Assembly: GCF_028641065.1 (NCBI RefSeq) | Contig: NC_073395.1 | Span: forward strand, 32,860,001-32,924,000 | Origin: Leucoraja erinacea | Taxonomy: Eukaryota | DNA length: 64,000 nucleotides | Direction: 5' to 3' | Shown here: piece by piece, positions 1 through 14,900 of the stretch | How positions within the stretch are numbered: position 1 is the first letter of the stretch | Layout: every line of letters starts with the position of its first letter | The notes under the pieces: model-generated | Told to the model about the DNA's origin: nothing | Seen by the model: the letters and a program-made list of their open reading frames with translations, nothing else | Databases searched by the model: none | Made by a program: the position numbers and the translations under genes

Positions 1-2773
1 TGTGCCCATTGAAATTTCATGTTTCAGTTCCCCAGCTTCGCAGATGCCTGCAATTAATATTCCCCATGAGCTAATCAAACATATGATAACATATTAAATC
101 CTATTTACAGTAATAATTAGAAACCTGAATATAGTTTTGTTTTAGCACGGAGAGTAGTATTCTTTTACATGAGTAGTATTATTGTATTTGTCTTTCTCTT
201 TAATTTCTGTCAATTACTGCCATCTAATGGTGGCAGAATCTTACTCTGAAGGGAAACTTCAAATGCAAAGCAATCTCACAACAACAAAAATGTGGCAATG
301 CTTTCCACTTGATAATTACACAAATTACATGAAAGAGAGAAAAAACAATAATGTAGAGAAATGAATTGTTGTCATTGTGTCCTACATACAATTGAAACAG
401 CATTCTGTACTGTGTCCAAGTAAGAATTCCAGGAGGATATTTCAAATGAACTGCACACTAAGTGGATCAGAACACAGGACAGGAAGTTTGAAACACCGCA
501 TATACTGGCCAATATTAGCATGATCTGCCAAGTGTTGACACAACATAAGCACAAGAACAAGTACCTTATCTTTCTTCCAGAACCTTTGATGCATTTTTGG
601 CTTTAACATTGATTATAATGTTCTTATCTAGAGCTCCCATTTTTCCTCTTTTTCAAGAGGGCGAGGGCAAGATATTAATTGTTGTTTGACACGTGCTTCC
701 TGGGAATACACTGTGTTGATAGGATGGTGTGCATTCTTTTAGTGAAAAGGCTTCTTCTTCTAATTGGCTTCTCAGCTGCAGGAAGCTGATACATTTTACC
801 CATCTCACCCTTTCACTGGTTTTCACTGTATCTCGGTACACGTGACAATAATAAACAAACCCTTCTATTGTGCTATTCACCAACAACATAATTCGTTCAA
901 ATATTCTGTGCCTCACATACATTTTCAATTTTAGTGACCCAGTCAGTGTGCCTAAGGTTGCAACCTATTTATATCATCTGCTATTCAACACTTTCCTACA
1001 TTTCATGCAGATTTTCATTCACAAAAGGACACAAAGTGCTGGAATAACACAACAGGTCAGGCAGCATCTTTGGGGAACATGGATAGGTGACGTTTTGGGT
1101 CGAGACCCTTCTTTTGACTTTTCATTCAATTTACTTTGCTGAGACATGTGTTTGATTCTCAACATTTTGTCTTTATTAATATAATGTAATTCATCTGTAG
1201 TTTATTTTAGTTTCAAGGAGTCCAAACCTGAAACCTTAACTTATCTGTTTCCTCCACAAATAAAGCCTGACTTTCTGTTTGCTTCTGCAGTTCCCAATAT
1301 CAGCATCCTTTTATTTTGCCTTGTTTTCTTAGGTTTAACATTAAAGACAACAAATGCCCAACAAATGTTGGTAATTTCAGAATCATATAATTGTCATCCT
1401 TGCAAATCCTGGCAAGCCATGTAAGAATGTTGTACATTCAGTGAAACACTTCTCATTCTTCTAAGCTCAATAGAGTACAGGTCTAGTCTTCATTGGTTCT
1501 CTTTGGCCATTTAATCCATCATTTCAGGAAACAATCTGGTTAACCTTTTTTGCACTCCCTCTATTGCAAGTACGTCTTTAGGAAAGAAAATGAGATGCGT
1601 ACACAATATTCCAAATGTAGTCTTCCAGTGCCCTATATAATTGGAGCAAGATGTTGCTGCGGTGATGCTCAAATCTTTTGCTACAGTGGTTGCTGTACCA
1701 CTTGCCTTTCTAATTGTTTACTGAATACACATTTTGACACCAGTGATTCTTATACAAAGATCATTTAGGTCAATCTGAATACAAACACCTTTCAATCCCT
1801 CATCATTTAAAAAATACTCTTTTTGTTTTTATTACACCGAAGTGGATGGACCTACCATTTTCCATATAATTTCCCATTTGCCATGTCCTATTTATTTAGT
1901 TAACTGCATATACCCTCCTCAAGTCTCTCTGTATTTGTGTCACAGCCCACCTCATTGGTAGAAATTGTATTGTGTACAGCGTTCACAATTTGCAGTTTCA
2001 GCTAATAATATAAATACCCATAAAGACCGATTTAATAACTCACTTTGTTATTATTACACTGCTAAAGCTCCATTTAACGATATATTTTATCAAGTTGCCC
2101 AAACATTCTGCTTTAAGATTGCAGATTGCATAAAGCAAGTATAACCGATAAAAGACAAACCGATGACTAACTGCTGATGCTGGTTTATACCGAAGATAGA
2201 CACAATATGCTGGAGTGATTCAGCGAGATAGGCAGCATCTCTGGAGAGAAGGAATGGGTGACAATTTGGGTCAAGATCCTTCCTCAGACTGAGTCAGGGG
2301 AGAGGGAGACTAGAGATATAGAAGAGTGAGGTGTAAAAACAAGACATTAACGGGATTGTGGATCGCATTTATGTGCTCAAATAATAATATATTCTTATTG
2401 GTAACATAGAGGGGCAAAAATGAAATTAAAAAACTGCATGTGACAATGGAAGCTTTAAATGGGATGCATTGTTATTGCCACCGGTTTAGTTGTGACTTTG
2501 GGAAGCAAAATGATGTATTTTTTATAACCATAAAAGTGAAACAAAATACGAGTTTAAAAAAAAGCCTTACTTATACATTTGGCAAACAAAATTACAAAGG
2601 AACATTCTATAGATATATTTAATAAAATTTGTCATCAGCAATAATATTACTGGTGCAATTGAGGAGTTTAGAAAAAGTTGTTTGACTTTAATTCCAATCG
2701 CTAAACTAAACAAGCATACTAATTACAAAATTAATACTGTTTTTGTGAATCGAAGTAAGTTTACACCAGTTAC

Positions 2774-2920
2774 CTTCAGATGATGTTGTGATTTTAACAC
2801 TGGTCTTTGGTCCAGCTCCCACCACTGTCTCAGCAAATGCAAACACTTCATATTTTGTAAATGGTAGCAGGTTAGTAAAAATATATGCCATCTCTCTGGT
2901 GCTGTTCTGGGACATTTGCC
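2774..2920 (-). CDS. PTPRQ: PTPRQ exon, C-terminal half of an FN3 repeat
   Basis: 147 nt, phase 1-1, tttag/gtaac. Encodes QMSQNSTREMAYIFTNLLPFTKYEVFAFAETVVGAGPKTSVKITTSSE, like human [23 protein letters not shown]. Confidence 0.92.
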
Positions 2921-5900
2921 CTAAATACAAAACAAAATTACATTTAACTATTTTCTAACCAATTATGAATTATCAACAAAAATAAAACTCCCTATTCATG
3001 TTACTTGCAATATATTTAGAGCATACAATTCTATCTTCCATCTTAAATCAAATATAATTCAATGCAAACAGTGTGGAAAAAAACCCTAAAAACTAAAGCA
3101 CAGCACAGCACAGGAATGCCAACCCCCCTCACACCTCAAACTCCATCTGCCATTTGTCTGCCCATTTCCACAGCTGATCTATATCCCACTGTATCTTCTG
3201 ATGGTATTCCTCACTGCCTGTAAAAGCAATTCTGCTATTGTCGGCAATCTTCCTCACCAACCCATCTACATTTATGTCTAGGTCATTTATATATATATAT
3301 CACAAACAGCAGGAGTCCAAGCACAGATCCATACGGAACTCCACTGGTCACAGACTTCCAGCCACAATATCTACCTTCCACCACAACCCTCACAGTTGCA
3401 GAGCAGCTGGCATGAAATTCTTTTAAGAAAACACTATTGCCTAAATGCAACATTCAAAAGAGAAAAATATGTTTCCCCGGAAACTGCTATTTACATTAAT
3501 TTAAATGTTGTAAATTGAACACACAAGTAAAACTCACACCACTTACCTAATGGGTTCACTAGTTCAACTCTATAAAAGAGCCTTCCTGTAATTGTTGGTG
3601 GTGGATCCCAGTTCACCATGAACGACCTTGATGCAATCTTACTAACAATTAAGTTTTGAGGTGGTTCTTCTGGAACTGCAAGAACACATTTAACACCTTT
3701 ACAATACAATACAATACAATACGGTTTATTTGTCTTACCTTACCTTAACAATCATTGACTATTCATTGCACAAATAGACTAAAAGACAAGCTGAGATATT
3801 TCTTTGTGCCTGCAGAGGCACATTAAATGTGTAGTGAGTGTTGATTCGAGTTCCGCAGCAGTGCAATTCCACTAGACATGAAACCCAAGAAATTGTGCTG
3901 AGAACAAGCCTTGCACAATTTACATTTATTTAATTCACCTCTTCCTCACATCCAAGTGCACGAAGGCCTGATAAAGAATTTCAAGACAAGATTTTTACTT
4001 AAATTTAGGCCTGTTGAGCATTTAGAAATATTATGTAAATTAAAAAAATGATAATCATAATTTTAATTGCACAGTTAAACAATATAATAACTCCTTTGAA
4101 TTAAATGAAGCTAATTTTTTTATTTTTGTATATGTAGTTATTTAAATGGCAGAAACACTGAGAAATATTCAGAGTATTTTTGAGAGTTTCAGAACCAGAT
4201 AAGCTAGTGCCATTGTCCTGCTGTCTGTCAATATTTTAAAGTTTGGAGCATTGCCAGGGATATTAATCATTCCAAGGATGCTTAGGTCTGTGTAACATGG
4301 TTCTGGGTTGGGACCCCTCTAAGGTAAGAACCATGCCTATCTTTTCGCTTTTGGACCTTTGGATTCCCTCCCAACCGTACCGATCATAATACTGCACCCA
4401 AGTAGCTCCATCTCCAACCCGGCATTTCCTCCCAATCCTTGGATTAGCATAGATACATCCCAAATCCCTCACCAACCCAGCAATCCACAAAAGGCTCTGG
4501 GTGGGCCACCCTTGTCATTTCTCTGCCTGGTGACCCTATGGCTGACCATACCGCAACATACCAAGCAGCTTATACAATCCATCTAATCCAAAGCACCCTC
4601 CAAGCTGTACTGTACTCACAACCATGGACTCTCCAACCTAACTTCTGTATGTAGCAGCAGATCTAGGAAGCATATTTTTGTAGGTGAGATTAATGATCTG
4701 ACTGAGGTTTGATGTTATGGACCTGAATATTACAATTGTTGTCGTCACTGCACATCCACATAATTTACCCATTTGTATACACAGGAACCCCGGGGCATCA
4801 TGCTATCCAGTGAATATAGTAATGTGCAACAATCTCCAAACTGCACATAGCATCAACATTTTCATCTTCCTTTAATCAAGCGACCATTATATGTATATTT
4901 CCAGCCAGCATATTTCTTTCTCCTCAGTCTTTCCATTTCATCCCTTTCCATATGCACCTCGTCTGGACAAATCAGGCATTATTAACAAACCTCCACTGCC
5001 CTCTCTCAGCTGTATCACCACTTATGTGTCTCCCCATCTGTTCACAGACCAAAATATTCACATTTTTCTCTCCACCTCTCCCCATCCTTAGGCATAAAAA
5101 AAGGATGATTGATTTCTAACATTTGCTAGTTCTGAAGAAAGGTCATCGTAGAAGATAGAACAGAACAGTGCAAGAACTGACACTTCTGCCCACAGTCTCT
5201 GCTGAACCCGATGCCACTAATCCTTTATGCTTGCACTTGATCTGTATCCCTCCAATCCATGCATATTCATATGTATTTTTAAAAGCCTCTTAAATGCAAC
5301 TATTGTATCTGCCTCCATCACCACCCTGAGCAGCTGTTTTCAGGCATCCACCATTCTCTGTTTTAAAAATAAAATGTGTCCTGCACATCTCCTTTAAAGT
5401 ATGCTCACCCCACTTTAAAGTTATGACCTCTAGTATTAGACATGTTCACCCTGGGAAAAAGGTTCTGACTGTCTACCCTATCTATACCTCTCATCATTTT
5501 ATAAACTTCTATCAGGACTCCCCTCAGCTACTGACACTCTAGTGAAAATAATCCAAGAGGGTTGCACTTGAATCCAATCTGGACCCTCTTTTTCTCCACA
5601 AATGCTGCACCATCTTCTGATAAATCCCAGCATTTTCTGCATTTCTTTTATAATATACACATAAATGATGCCTAAAATTATATAAATATTGTTCCAAACA
5701 GAAACAAACAAATGCCTTGCCCAAGTTACAAGCTGTGTCCTTATTTTTACGTCTATGATAATAAATCTTAATGTTTTTTATGGTCTCACTGCCTGTCCAC
5801 ATACATTCCCAGAGCAATTTGTGGTCCTCGCTCTTTGTAACATGTACAAAATTACATCTTTGGCTTAAAATATTTCACTGGATACGCAAAATGTTCACAC

Positions 5901-8900
5901 TTTATCAATTGGTTCTTTAAAATAAAAAGCTGTAACGAATGCATGAAGAAATGCACATTTAAAATAAGAACACAAATTATTCATTATAGACTCACTCCAT
6001 TCAGGGGTTCTGAATAGAGCACTTGCTGCTTGGCCTTCTCCTTCCTTTGTGAATGCAGATACCTCACACAGGTAAGTGGTGTAGGATTTCAGGTGACCCA
6101 CCACAATACTGGCAGACTCAGGTGGTAAATCTTCATGTATTATATATCCTGATGTGGATGCTAAAAATACATTACTTGGATGAGGGGAAGATGAAGTCAA
6201 TGATCCAGGGGTGGTACCTGTTGGACTGCCATCCTACATAACAGAAATTAATAATTAATTATACTGTAACACTCCTTAGTATTTAGAGCAATTGAAACGT
6301 TTAAAAGAAAATTCAGATATTGGAAACCAAAAATAAAATCAGAAAATGCCATTAATATGTGAATCATGCCCTGATGAAAGATCATCAACCTGAAATATTA
6401 ACTGTTTTATTCTTCACAGATGCTGCTGGGTTTGCTGAGCAGTTCCAGCCTATTCTGCTTATATCTTAAGGGCCTGTCCCACTGTACGAGGTAATTCAAG
6501 AGTTCTCCCGAGTTTCCCCGATTCGAACTCGGAGAATTACGGTTTATAGCCATTCGTAGGTACTCGGGGCTCTCGTGGACATTTTTCACAGTGCTGAAAA
6601 AACTTCACGAGCTACCGCGTTTCCCCGAGTACGTGCCATTAGCATTACGAGCTGCTACGGGACATCCATGAGCTCCGATGTAGCCGTTACATACATGCCA
6701 TATGCTTACCACGAGTTTGATTATTTTTTTAAAACTCGGGAGAGCTCTTGAATTACCTCGTACAGTGGGACAGACCCTTTAATAGTAATAAGTCTGATGT
6801 TCTGGGTTGCTTAATAAAGTATGGGGCAGAAACCATGTGCTACAGTTTGGGTTGTTATCATGAATCAAAAGTGGCAATCACGCATGTACATGTAAATTCT
6901 CATCCACTCAGAAAGCACCTTGTTTATTTTACTAATCCCAAAGTATGAACCAAGAACAATTACGTCTTTAAAACTGTTGGTTCATAAATCTGATGTTAAT
7001 GGCTTAAGGTAGCAATTTGACATCCATGACCACATTAAGTATACAATGCATTCTTTGCACCTTCTACTCTGTTTCTGCAGGTTTTGAGTTTTCAGAGATA
7101 CAGTGTGGAAACTTCTGTATCTTCCTTCGGCCCATCATGTCCGTGCCGACCGAAGATTACCTGAACACTAATTCCATGTTATCCTAGTTTTGCATCCGAT
7201 ACACTCAGGGCAATTTACAGAAACCAATTAACCTACAAACCTGCACGTCTTTGGAATGTGGGAAGAAACTGGAAAACCCAGACAAAAACAAGCGGTCACA
7301 GGGAGAACACACATACTCTGTGCCGACCACACGTGTAGTCAGGATCAAACACGGGTCTCTGGCGCTGTGAGGCATCAACTTTACCGCTGCGCCACTTTGC
7401 CGCCTTTCAGTATAACTAATCCCATTGTTTTAAGTCATGTATGAAAAAAGCTTCAAGATGGATAAGCGTGCACTAAATCCATTATACCACTGGTCAAACA
7501 ACCTACCCAGAATAAAGTGAGAATGTAAACTTGACAGTAAGATTAAAAGTATATCCATTCAAGGATGTTGAATTGAAAAAATAAACAATTTTATTTTAGT
7601 ATACAGGCCTATAAAAGTTATTTATTATAGTTTAACCCAGGAGAATTTCATATATAACCTGCTTTGTGAACTGGTATACAGGGAAATTCAGCAATATTCC
7701 ATGTTGCCTTGAGAGATACAAAGAGACCATTTTGATCCATCAAGTCTATGCTGCCATCGCATTTCCATGTTTGTTTTCCCTGTTTCCTTCCTTCCCCACA
7801 TTCCCAACAAATCACCCTAGATTGTAACCACTACCTACACATCAAGGGTAAGTTACCACGGCCAATTAATCTTCCAAACTGCACGTTTATGATAAGAAAT
7901 CAGCACATTCAGTGTAAACCGACATGATCACAGGGTAAACGTGCAAACACCATGCAGACAGCACCGGAGGTTAGGGTTGAACCCACAGTGAACAGTGAAG
8001 CAATTGCAAAATGAGCTGTGCCACTTTATGCAGTGAATCATGGCATAACGATAGAGCAAGATGGATGTAATTTAGAATAAAAGCCAGTAACATTTTCACA
8101 GAATTTGACGGGAAGCAAGTATTTGTTGTCCCCAAAGTGACTGCCTAAAACAAAGACTAAGTGAAACTTCGATACAATGTGTAGGAAGGAACTGCAGATG
8201 ATGGTTTAAACTGAAGATAGACACAAAAAGCTGGTGCAACGCAGCGGGTCAGGCAGCTTCTCTGGAGAAAAGGAGTATGTGACGTTTCGGGTTGAGATCC
8301 TTCTTCAGACTGAGAGTCAGGGAAAAGGGAAACGAGAGATATAGACGATGATATAGAACAAATGAATGAAAGATACACAACAAGTAACAATGATCAAGGA
8401 AAGGTGGAGCCACAATGTTCCATTGTTATTGTAGCCTAGGTGATAATGAGTTACACAGGCAGTGAAACTCAACAGGGCGACAGTGAAACTAGTATGATGA
8501 CTCGGGTTGGGGAGGGACAGAAAGAGGGGGGGGGGGGGGTGCAAGGGGTTATTTGAAGTTAGAGAAATTAATATTCATTAGCTGCCCAAGCAAAATATGA
8601 GGTGCTGTTCCTCCAATTTGCATTTGACTTCACTTTGACAATGGAGGAGGCCCAGGACAGAAAGGTCAGTATGGGAATGGGAGGAGGAGTTCAAGTGTAT
8701 GGCAACCGAGAGACAATGTATGCAGCTTACACCTCTTTCTGATCATTATACGGTATGTAATATCTATGTAATTTTAAGACTAAATTGTTTTAAGATATAG
8801 ATTGGTACTCTAATCAATTATTGCAAAATGTTGTGAAAAATGCAAACTATATTTTAATAATCATTTTCGTGACAATGACATACATTCTTGAAATAAGTCC

Positions 8901-11900
8901 ATGGCTTTAGCTATAAGAATATGAAATCATCTCTTCAGTCCCTTGTCACTTACCTCACATTGCAGTAATGTGCTTGGGAAAAGTGTTTCACCATTCACTG
9001 ACATATTTTTTGATATCTGTCCTGTTCTCACAGACTTGATAATGATGCTGAAATGTGTAATTCTTCCATTTGGCCGTTTAGGTAAAAACCACGTCACATT
9101 GGCAGCTGAGTGATTGACTGCTTTTGCAGTAAGAGATAAAACTTGTCCAGGAGCTAGGAAACATGAGTTAGAAAGTAAATAAATAAATGGCCTGCAAATA
9201 GTTTCCTCAAATCTGACTTTTTATGAAAAACATTCTTCATCATCCATCCAGAATGAAACTAATATTTTTTATCAGACATCCGTACATTATTGCCAAAACT
9301 CTACATTTTAAAATACATGCAAGGTGAAATGAAAATATAATTGTGCTCCTATTTTAAATATGAACTCCACCCTACACATTCTTGGCAGATGAAGATCAAA
9401 CTGCCTGCTCAACCTACCTGCCTTAAACCAGGCTGCTTGCTAACATCTTCTCCAAACCTACAATGACCTATTCTACATTTTCCTTGAACTCCATTCCTGT
9501 TGTCCTATTTTCACAACTTAGAAACTTTATCTATGTATCTCCCTCTCCCCTGAAGGGTCTTGACCCGAAATGTCACCCATTCCTTCTCTTCAAAGATGCT
9601 GCCTGTCCCGCAGAGTTGCTCAAGCATTTTGTGCCATGCTTGCTAACATCGATGAGTGGATAGATGCGGGAGCCACCAAATATTATCAGTAGTGAGTGGG
9701 TAGAGAGGAACCGCAGGTGGTGGATAATACTGGGGTGGATAATACAGGGATAATACAAAATGCCGGAATAACTCAGCAGATCAAGCTGCATCTCTGGAGA
9801 AAAAGAATGGATGATATTTCAGGTCGGATATTTCTTAATACTGAAAGATAATGGTGGATGGGGGGGGGATACTGGAGACGAGAAAAGACCAGAATGAAAC
9901 AAGGCTGGCAACTGATGACCACAGGCTGGGTGGAGTCCATAATGGTCCATTGTTGGGGAAGATGCGCTAACAACAGGGATACAAGGATGCAAACAGTAGT
10001 ACTAGAAGGACAACTGGGGTTGGAGAGGGTGGAGGAGGAAAAGGAATGCAGGAGTTACTTGAAATGAGAGAAATCAAAATTCATACCGCTGGGTTGTAAG
10101 CTGCCCAAGCAAAAATATGAGGTGCTGTTCCTCCAATTTGTTTGTGGCCTCACTCTGACAGTGGAGGAGGTCCAGGGCAGAGAGGTCAGTGTGGGAATGG
10201 GAAGGGGAGTTAAAATGTTTGGCAACCAGGAGATCAGGTAGGTGTTTCAGCAAATGAACTAAATCTACTTCACAAATATCCTTGTATGGTGCCAAAAGTT
10301 ATTCCTCATTAAATATTTTCGCTGCATCAAATCAATCATAGAATTAAATATGATCAAATATCTAGGGGTTCAAAAACAGAAATATTTGAAGGTAGATGTT
10401 TAAAAAAGTTGAAAAAAATGTCAGAAAATTCATGGAATTAACACAAAAGTATTCAACTCTCATCAAGGTTTGCGCCAGTGTCAAGGATAGAATGATGATG
10501 TTTTCAGATGATGTTTGCTAATTGCACATTCAGGCAGCCCAGCCATAATCGACTCATCTACCATCCCCCCACCCCCACAACACTTAAACCAACCCTCCTC
10601 TCAACAATCAGATCCAGAATAAGATCCTGGGAAATATGGATCACCTTCCATATCTTAGAAGCCATCTCTCAACCAAAGAAGAGGTCAATGACAAGACTCA
10701 CCACCAATAGGACTGATAAAAAGAGTATTTAAAAATTAAGATCTCATAACTGGACAATGGTCATAAACATCTAGACAATAGTGATCCCCATCCTCCTGTA
10801 CATCTGAGACATGGACTACCTACAGAAAGCATCTCAACCCATTGAAAAGCGTAGCATGAATGCAATCCCTTAAAAATCCTCCAAATCCATTGGCTGGAAT
10901 TATGAAGCAATATCGCCATCCTCTCCCAGGCAATAAATATTCCCATCATCAAGCTTCTGATCATCCTCAACCAGTTCCAACATGCAGGACATACTATCTG
11001 CAAGTCGGGCCACAAACTCCTGGATCCAGAACTCCATTCTGAACTCCAATACAGCAAGGTATTTCCAGGATGACATCTAGGTGCTTACTTACTGTATCAC
11101 CTCCTTGTGAAAATGTAATACCCTCACCAAGCCATGGGAATTCCTGGCCCATAACTTTCAAAGGATGGATGAGCAATTGGGAAAACAATGAGCATCTTGG
11201 AAGCATGTGGAAGCCATTATCAAACAATGAAAGCAGCACATACCAGTCTCACCTGTGACATAATCTACACCCTGTGTGCTTCAGCCACCTTAGAACACAA
11301 TAATCTTGGCAGCAAGTAAGTTATGCTGTAATTTGAGGAACCAAATAAGAAGATGGAGAAGAGAAACATGGAGTGCAAGACTAAGAAAATGATGGTAAAG
11401 TTTTATGGATTATAGTTGGAGAATTTTGTCTTTTTTCTGGCCACCATTCTATAGAAGAATGCCATTGCCTTGCCGACAAGACAGAAAAGATTTACCAAAA
11501 TTATGTCTGAGAAAAAAACCTTTGTTACTTGCAGAGATGAGAGAAGCTTCCTCTCAAAGAGAAAAAGTTGAAGAGAGGTGTCCAAAATATGCAAACGGTT
11601 TTTGAGAGAATAAATAAGAAGAACCTGGTTCCATTGGAAGTAGGATCAGAGATCAAAAGACCTAAATCTAAGATAATTTGCAAAGTACGGGAGGTAATAT
11701 AAGATATACACAAAAAGCTGGAGTAACACAGCAGGTCAGACAGAATCTCTGGAGAAAAGGAATAGGTGATGTTTCAGGTTGAGACCCTTCTTCAGACAGA
11801 ATATGTGCCTTTTAAGCAGTGGACAGATTTAAAAGTAACTCTCTAAAGGAAGTTGGACATTAATTTGACAAGGAACAATTTGCAAGGTCATGGGTAAAGA

Positions 11901-14900
11901 GTGAGAAGGGATTAACTTGCAGAGACACAAGAGTCTGCAGATGTTGGAATATGGTGCAAAACACAAACTGCTGGAAGAACTCAGCGGGTCAGGCAGCATC
12001 TGGGAGGGGGGGTAGAGGGTGGAAGCTCCACAATGGATGCTGCTCGACCCGGAGTTCATCCAGTAGTTTGTGTTTTGAACTAACTTGAGACCTGCCATGT
12101 GTCTGATGAAATAAATGGTCTACTCCACTGTACCATTCCATAAATTTGAAAGGCCTTTTAAATACGATGTTATGATGTTTTGTTTTACTTCTTCATTGTT
12201 CAATAATCAGTAGCATTTGATATCGATAATTTGAAACAGTGGTGAACTAAGGACAGTTACAATATTAAAATTATTGGAATGAACTCACTGGTTTCTGCAG
12301 TTACCACATGACGAAAGCTACTAAAAGCTCCAATGCCTGCACTGTTCTCAGCTGCAACCTAATAAATGAAAAGATGTACAATTATTATATTTAATTCAAT
12401 TCAAATTATAAATTGGCAGCATTTATTGTGACAGAATAAACTTTGTGACAAATAAATACTATAAGTGCCTCATAATCTGAATTTGGGTTTGAAGAAAATT
12501 AAAAGTTCATTGACATGACAGAAATCAGTTTAGTTTATTGCCACGTGTACTGAGGTACAGTGAAAAGCTTTTGTTGCATGCTAACCAGTCAGCAGAAAGA
12601 CTACATGATTACAATCGAGCCATTTTATACATGATAAAGGTAAAGCCGGTAAAGTCCGATCAAAAATAATCCGAGGGTCACCAATGAGGTAAATAGTAGT
12701 TCAAGGCTGCTCTCTAGTTGTGGTAGGATGATTCAGTTGCCTGATATCAGCTGGGAAGAAACTGTCAAAAATGTGACCAATCATTTTTAGATGTTTTACA
12801 GCACAGCAGGTTTGGCGGCAATAGTTGTTGCTATAAAGATGTGTGAGGAAATGTCAGGCTTATTAATGGACTCATTTTGTAAGTGAACATTGTTATATAA
12901 TGAGCAAACAGTATTCAGAAGTAGATGATGTCTGTACAGATAATGACATTATTTTGACGGCATTTTTATTGAAGTGGACCATACAGCCTAGTGATGTAGG
13001 TCAGGAATAGTGGAGTGTGTAGGCATTATGCAAAATGAACACAGCCACTGTACAAATTGTACATATCCTACCTCACTGGGCTTCATTCAAAGAAATAGAA
13101 CCCATGAATTATTTTAGTACAAAATAATGTATAATTTTTTTTTCCAGACTTTTTTCAGATTATGACGCCTTCCAGAGAGCCGCTGAGAAGCCGAGGTCAG
13201 AGCCCCTCGGGTCGTAGCCCAGGCCTCACGGGCCAGAGGTGCAGCCTCGTGAGTCAATGAAGCCCGCAGGCAACAGCCCCTGGGTCTGCGGAGCCCGCGG
13301 CTGGGGCCTGAGTCGGCGCCATGGAGCCGTCTGGAGAAGGCCTGGCCTGCGAGAGTGGACAGGTGGGTGCGGCAGTCGATGGTGGTGCCGACTGACGGAT
13401 GAGGACGGACCACGTGGAAGTGAAGACGCCGCTGCCGGAGGAAGGAACAATGGATGACCCAGCGTGGGGGGAATGCTATGAGGGAGGGGGAGGGGGAGAG
13501 AACAAAGAGGGACCTAGTGTGGCAGTACTTTGTAACTTTGTAAGCAACCATTATGGGCAACTATTTGCATACCTTATGTATGCAAGCAAAGAATTTCACA
13601 AAGACTTGTCACATGTGACAATAAAGTATTCAATTGAATTCAATTCAATTCAATAAAATAAACCGTTTCCCTGAGGCAAGATGAGTAGACCCAACGATGC
13701 AGAAACAGATAACACCAGCAACCAAAAATATTTCAATACATATTCTTTCAAAAATAACATTTTTTCAAAGGTCAAAGCTTTTATGATTCTTTACATTCAT
13801 TATGAATGGAAAGACATACTGGATTGTTGATTTCAGATTATATTATGTTTTATTGGAAAAAACTATTAAAACTGCTCTTACACTGTACTAATCAAAGGTT
13901 AGCTCTCAGTTCATTCAATGGAAAATTGAGCCGTAGGATTTGACCAATTCCCAATTTTATTTTTAGTTGGTTTGTTTTGACCAGTTTATTGTTCTAAATA
14001 GACAATAGACAATAGGTGCAGGAGTAGGCCATTCAGCCCTTCGGGCCAGCACCGCCATTCCATGTGATCATGGCTGATCATCCCCAATCAGTACCCCGTT
14101 CCTTTTCCCCATATCCCCTGACTTTGCTATCTTTAAGAGCCCTATCCAGCTCTCTCTTGAAAGCATCCAGAGAACCTGAGGCAGAGAATTTCACAGACTC
14201 GCAACTCTGTGAGAAAAAGTGTTTCCTCGTCTCCGTTCTAAATGGCTTACCCCTTATTCTTAAACTGTGGCCCCTGGTTCCGGACTCCACCAAATTGTTC
14301 CAAATATTGATGAAAATCTGGGGATGTGTACTAATGTTCTGACTACATGTGGTCTGTGTGAGACTCTATTTTCCTGCTTCGAAAATATATAAGACATGAA
14401 GAAGCACAATTGAATTGAGCAAACAAAAATTGTTTAAAAACCATGACACGACTGCTATTCTTTGCAACACTCAGGACACTACTAGGAAAGGAAAAGACTG
14501 GGATATATATAAGGCTTTATATATATCACAGACTGCAGAAGTCCCAGCCTTGATACCTGTGGACTTTCACTGGTCACAGACCTCCAGCATGAATATTCCA
14601 CCATAACCTTTTGTCTTCTATCAGTAAGTCAGTTCTGCTTCCATATGTCGAAATCACTGCTAATCCTGAGCATTTTAATTTCCAGGATCAGTCTACCACG
14701 GGGAACGTTATCAAATGCTTTAATGAAATCCATGTAGACCACATCCACCACTCTATCCTTATCGATCACCTATGTCACCTCCTCAAAAATCTCAGCCAAC
14801 TCATTGTCTCTGTCAATGCAGTCTTTGTGATAAAGGAAGATTGCGAGTAAAATTTGCAGTGACTCGCTGGCGACTCGCTTTACAAAATACGGCAAAAGAA

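Noticed and set aside
1-2700. Next PTPRQ exon (expected VPG.V..L...W..P..PNG)
   Set aside because: No matching exon found by eye; it probably lies outside the window.
10500-11270. Possible degraded LTR-retrotransposon RT (YFQDDI-like motif near 11060)
   Set aside because: One weak motif with stops; cannot be supported without a profile search.
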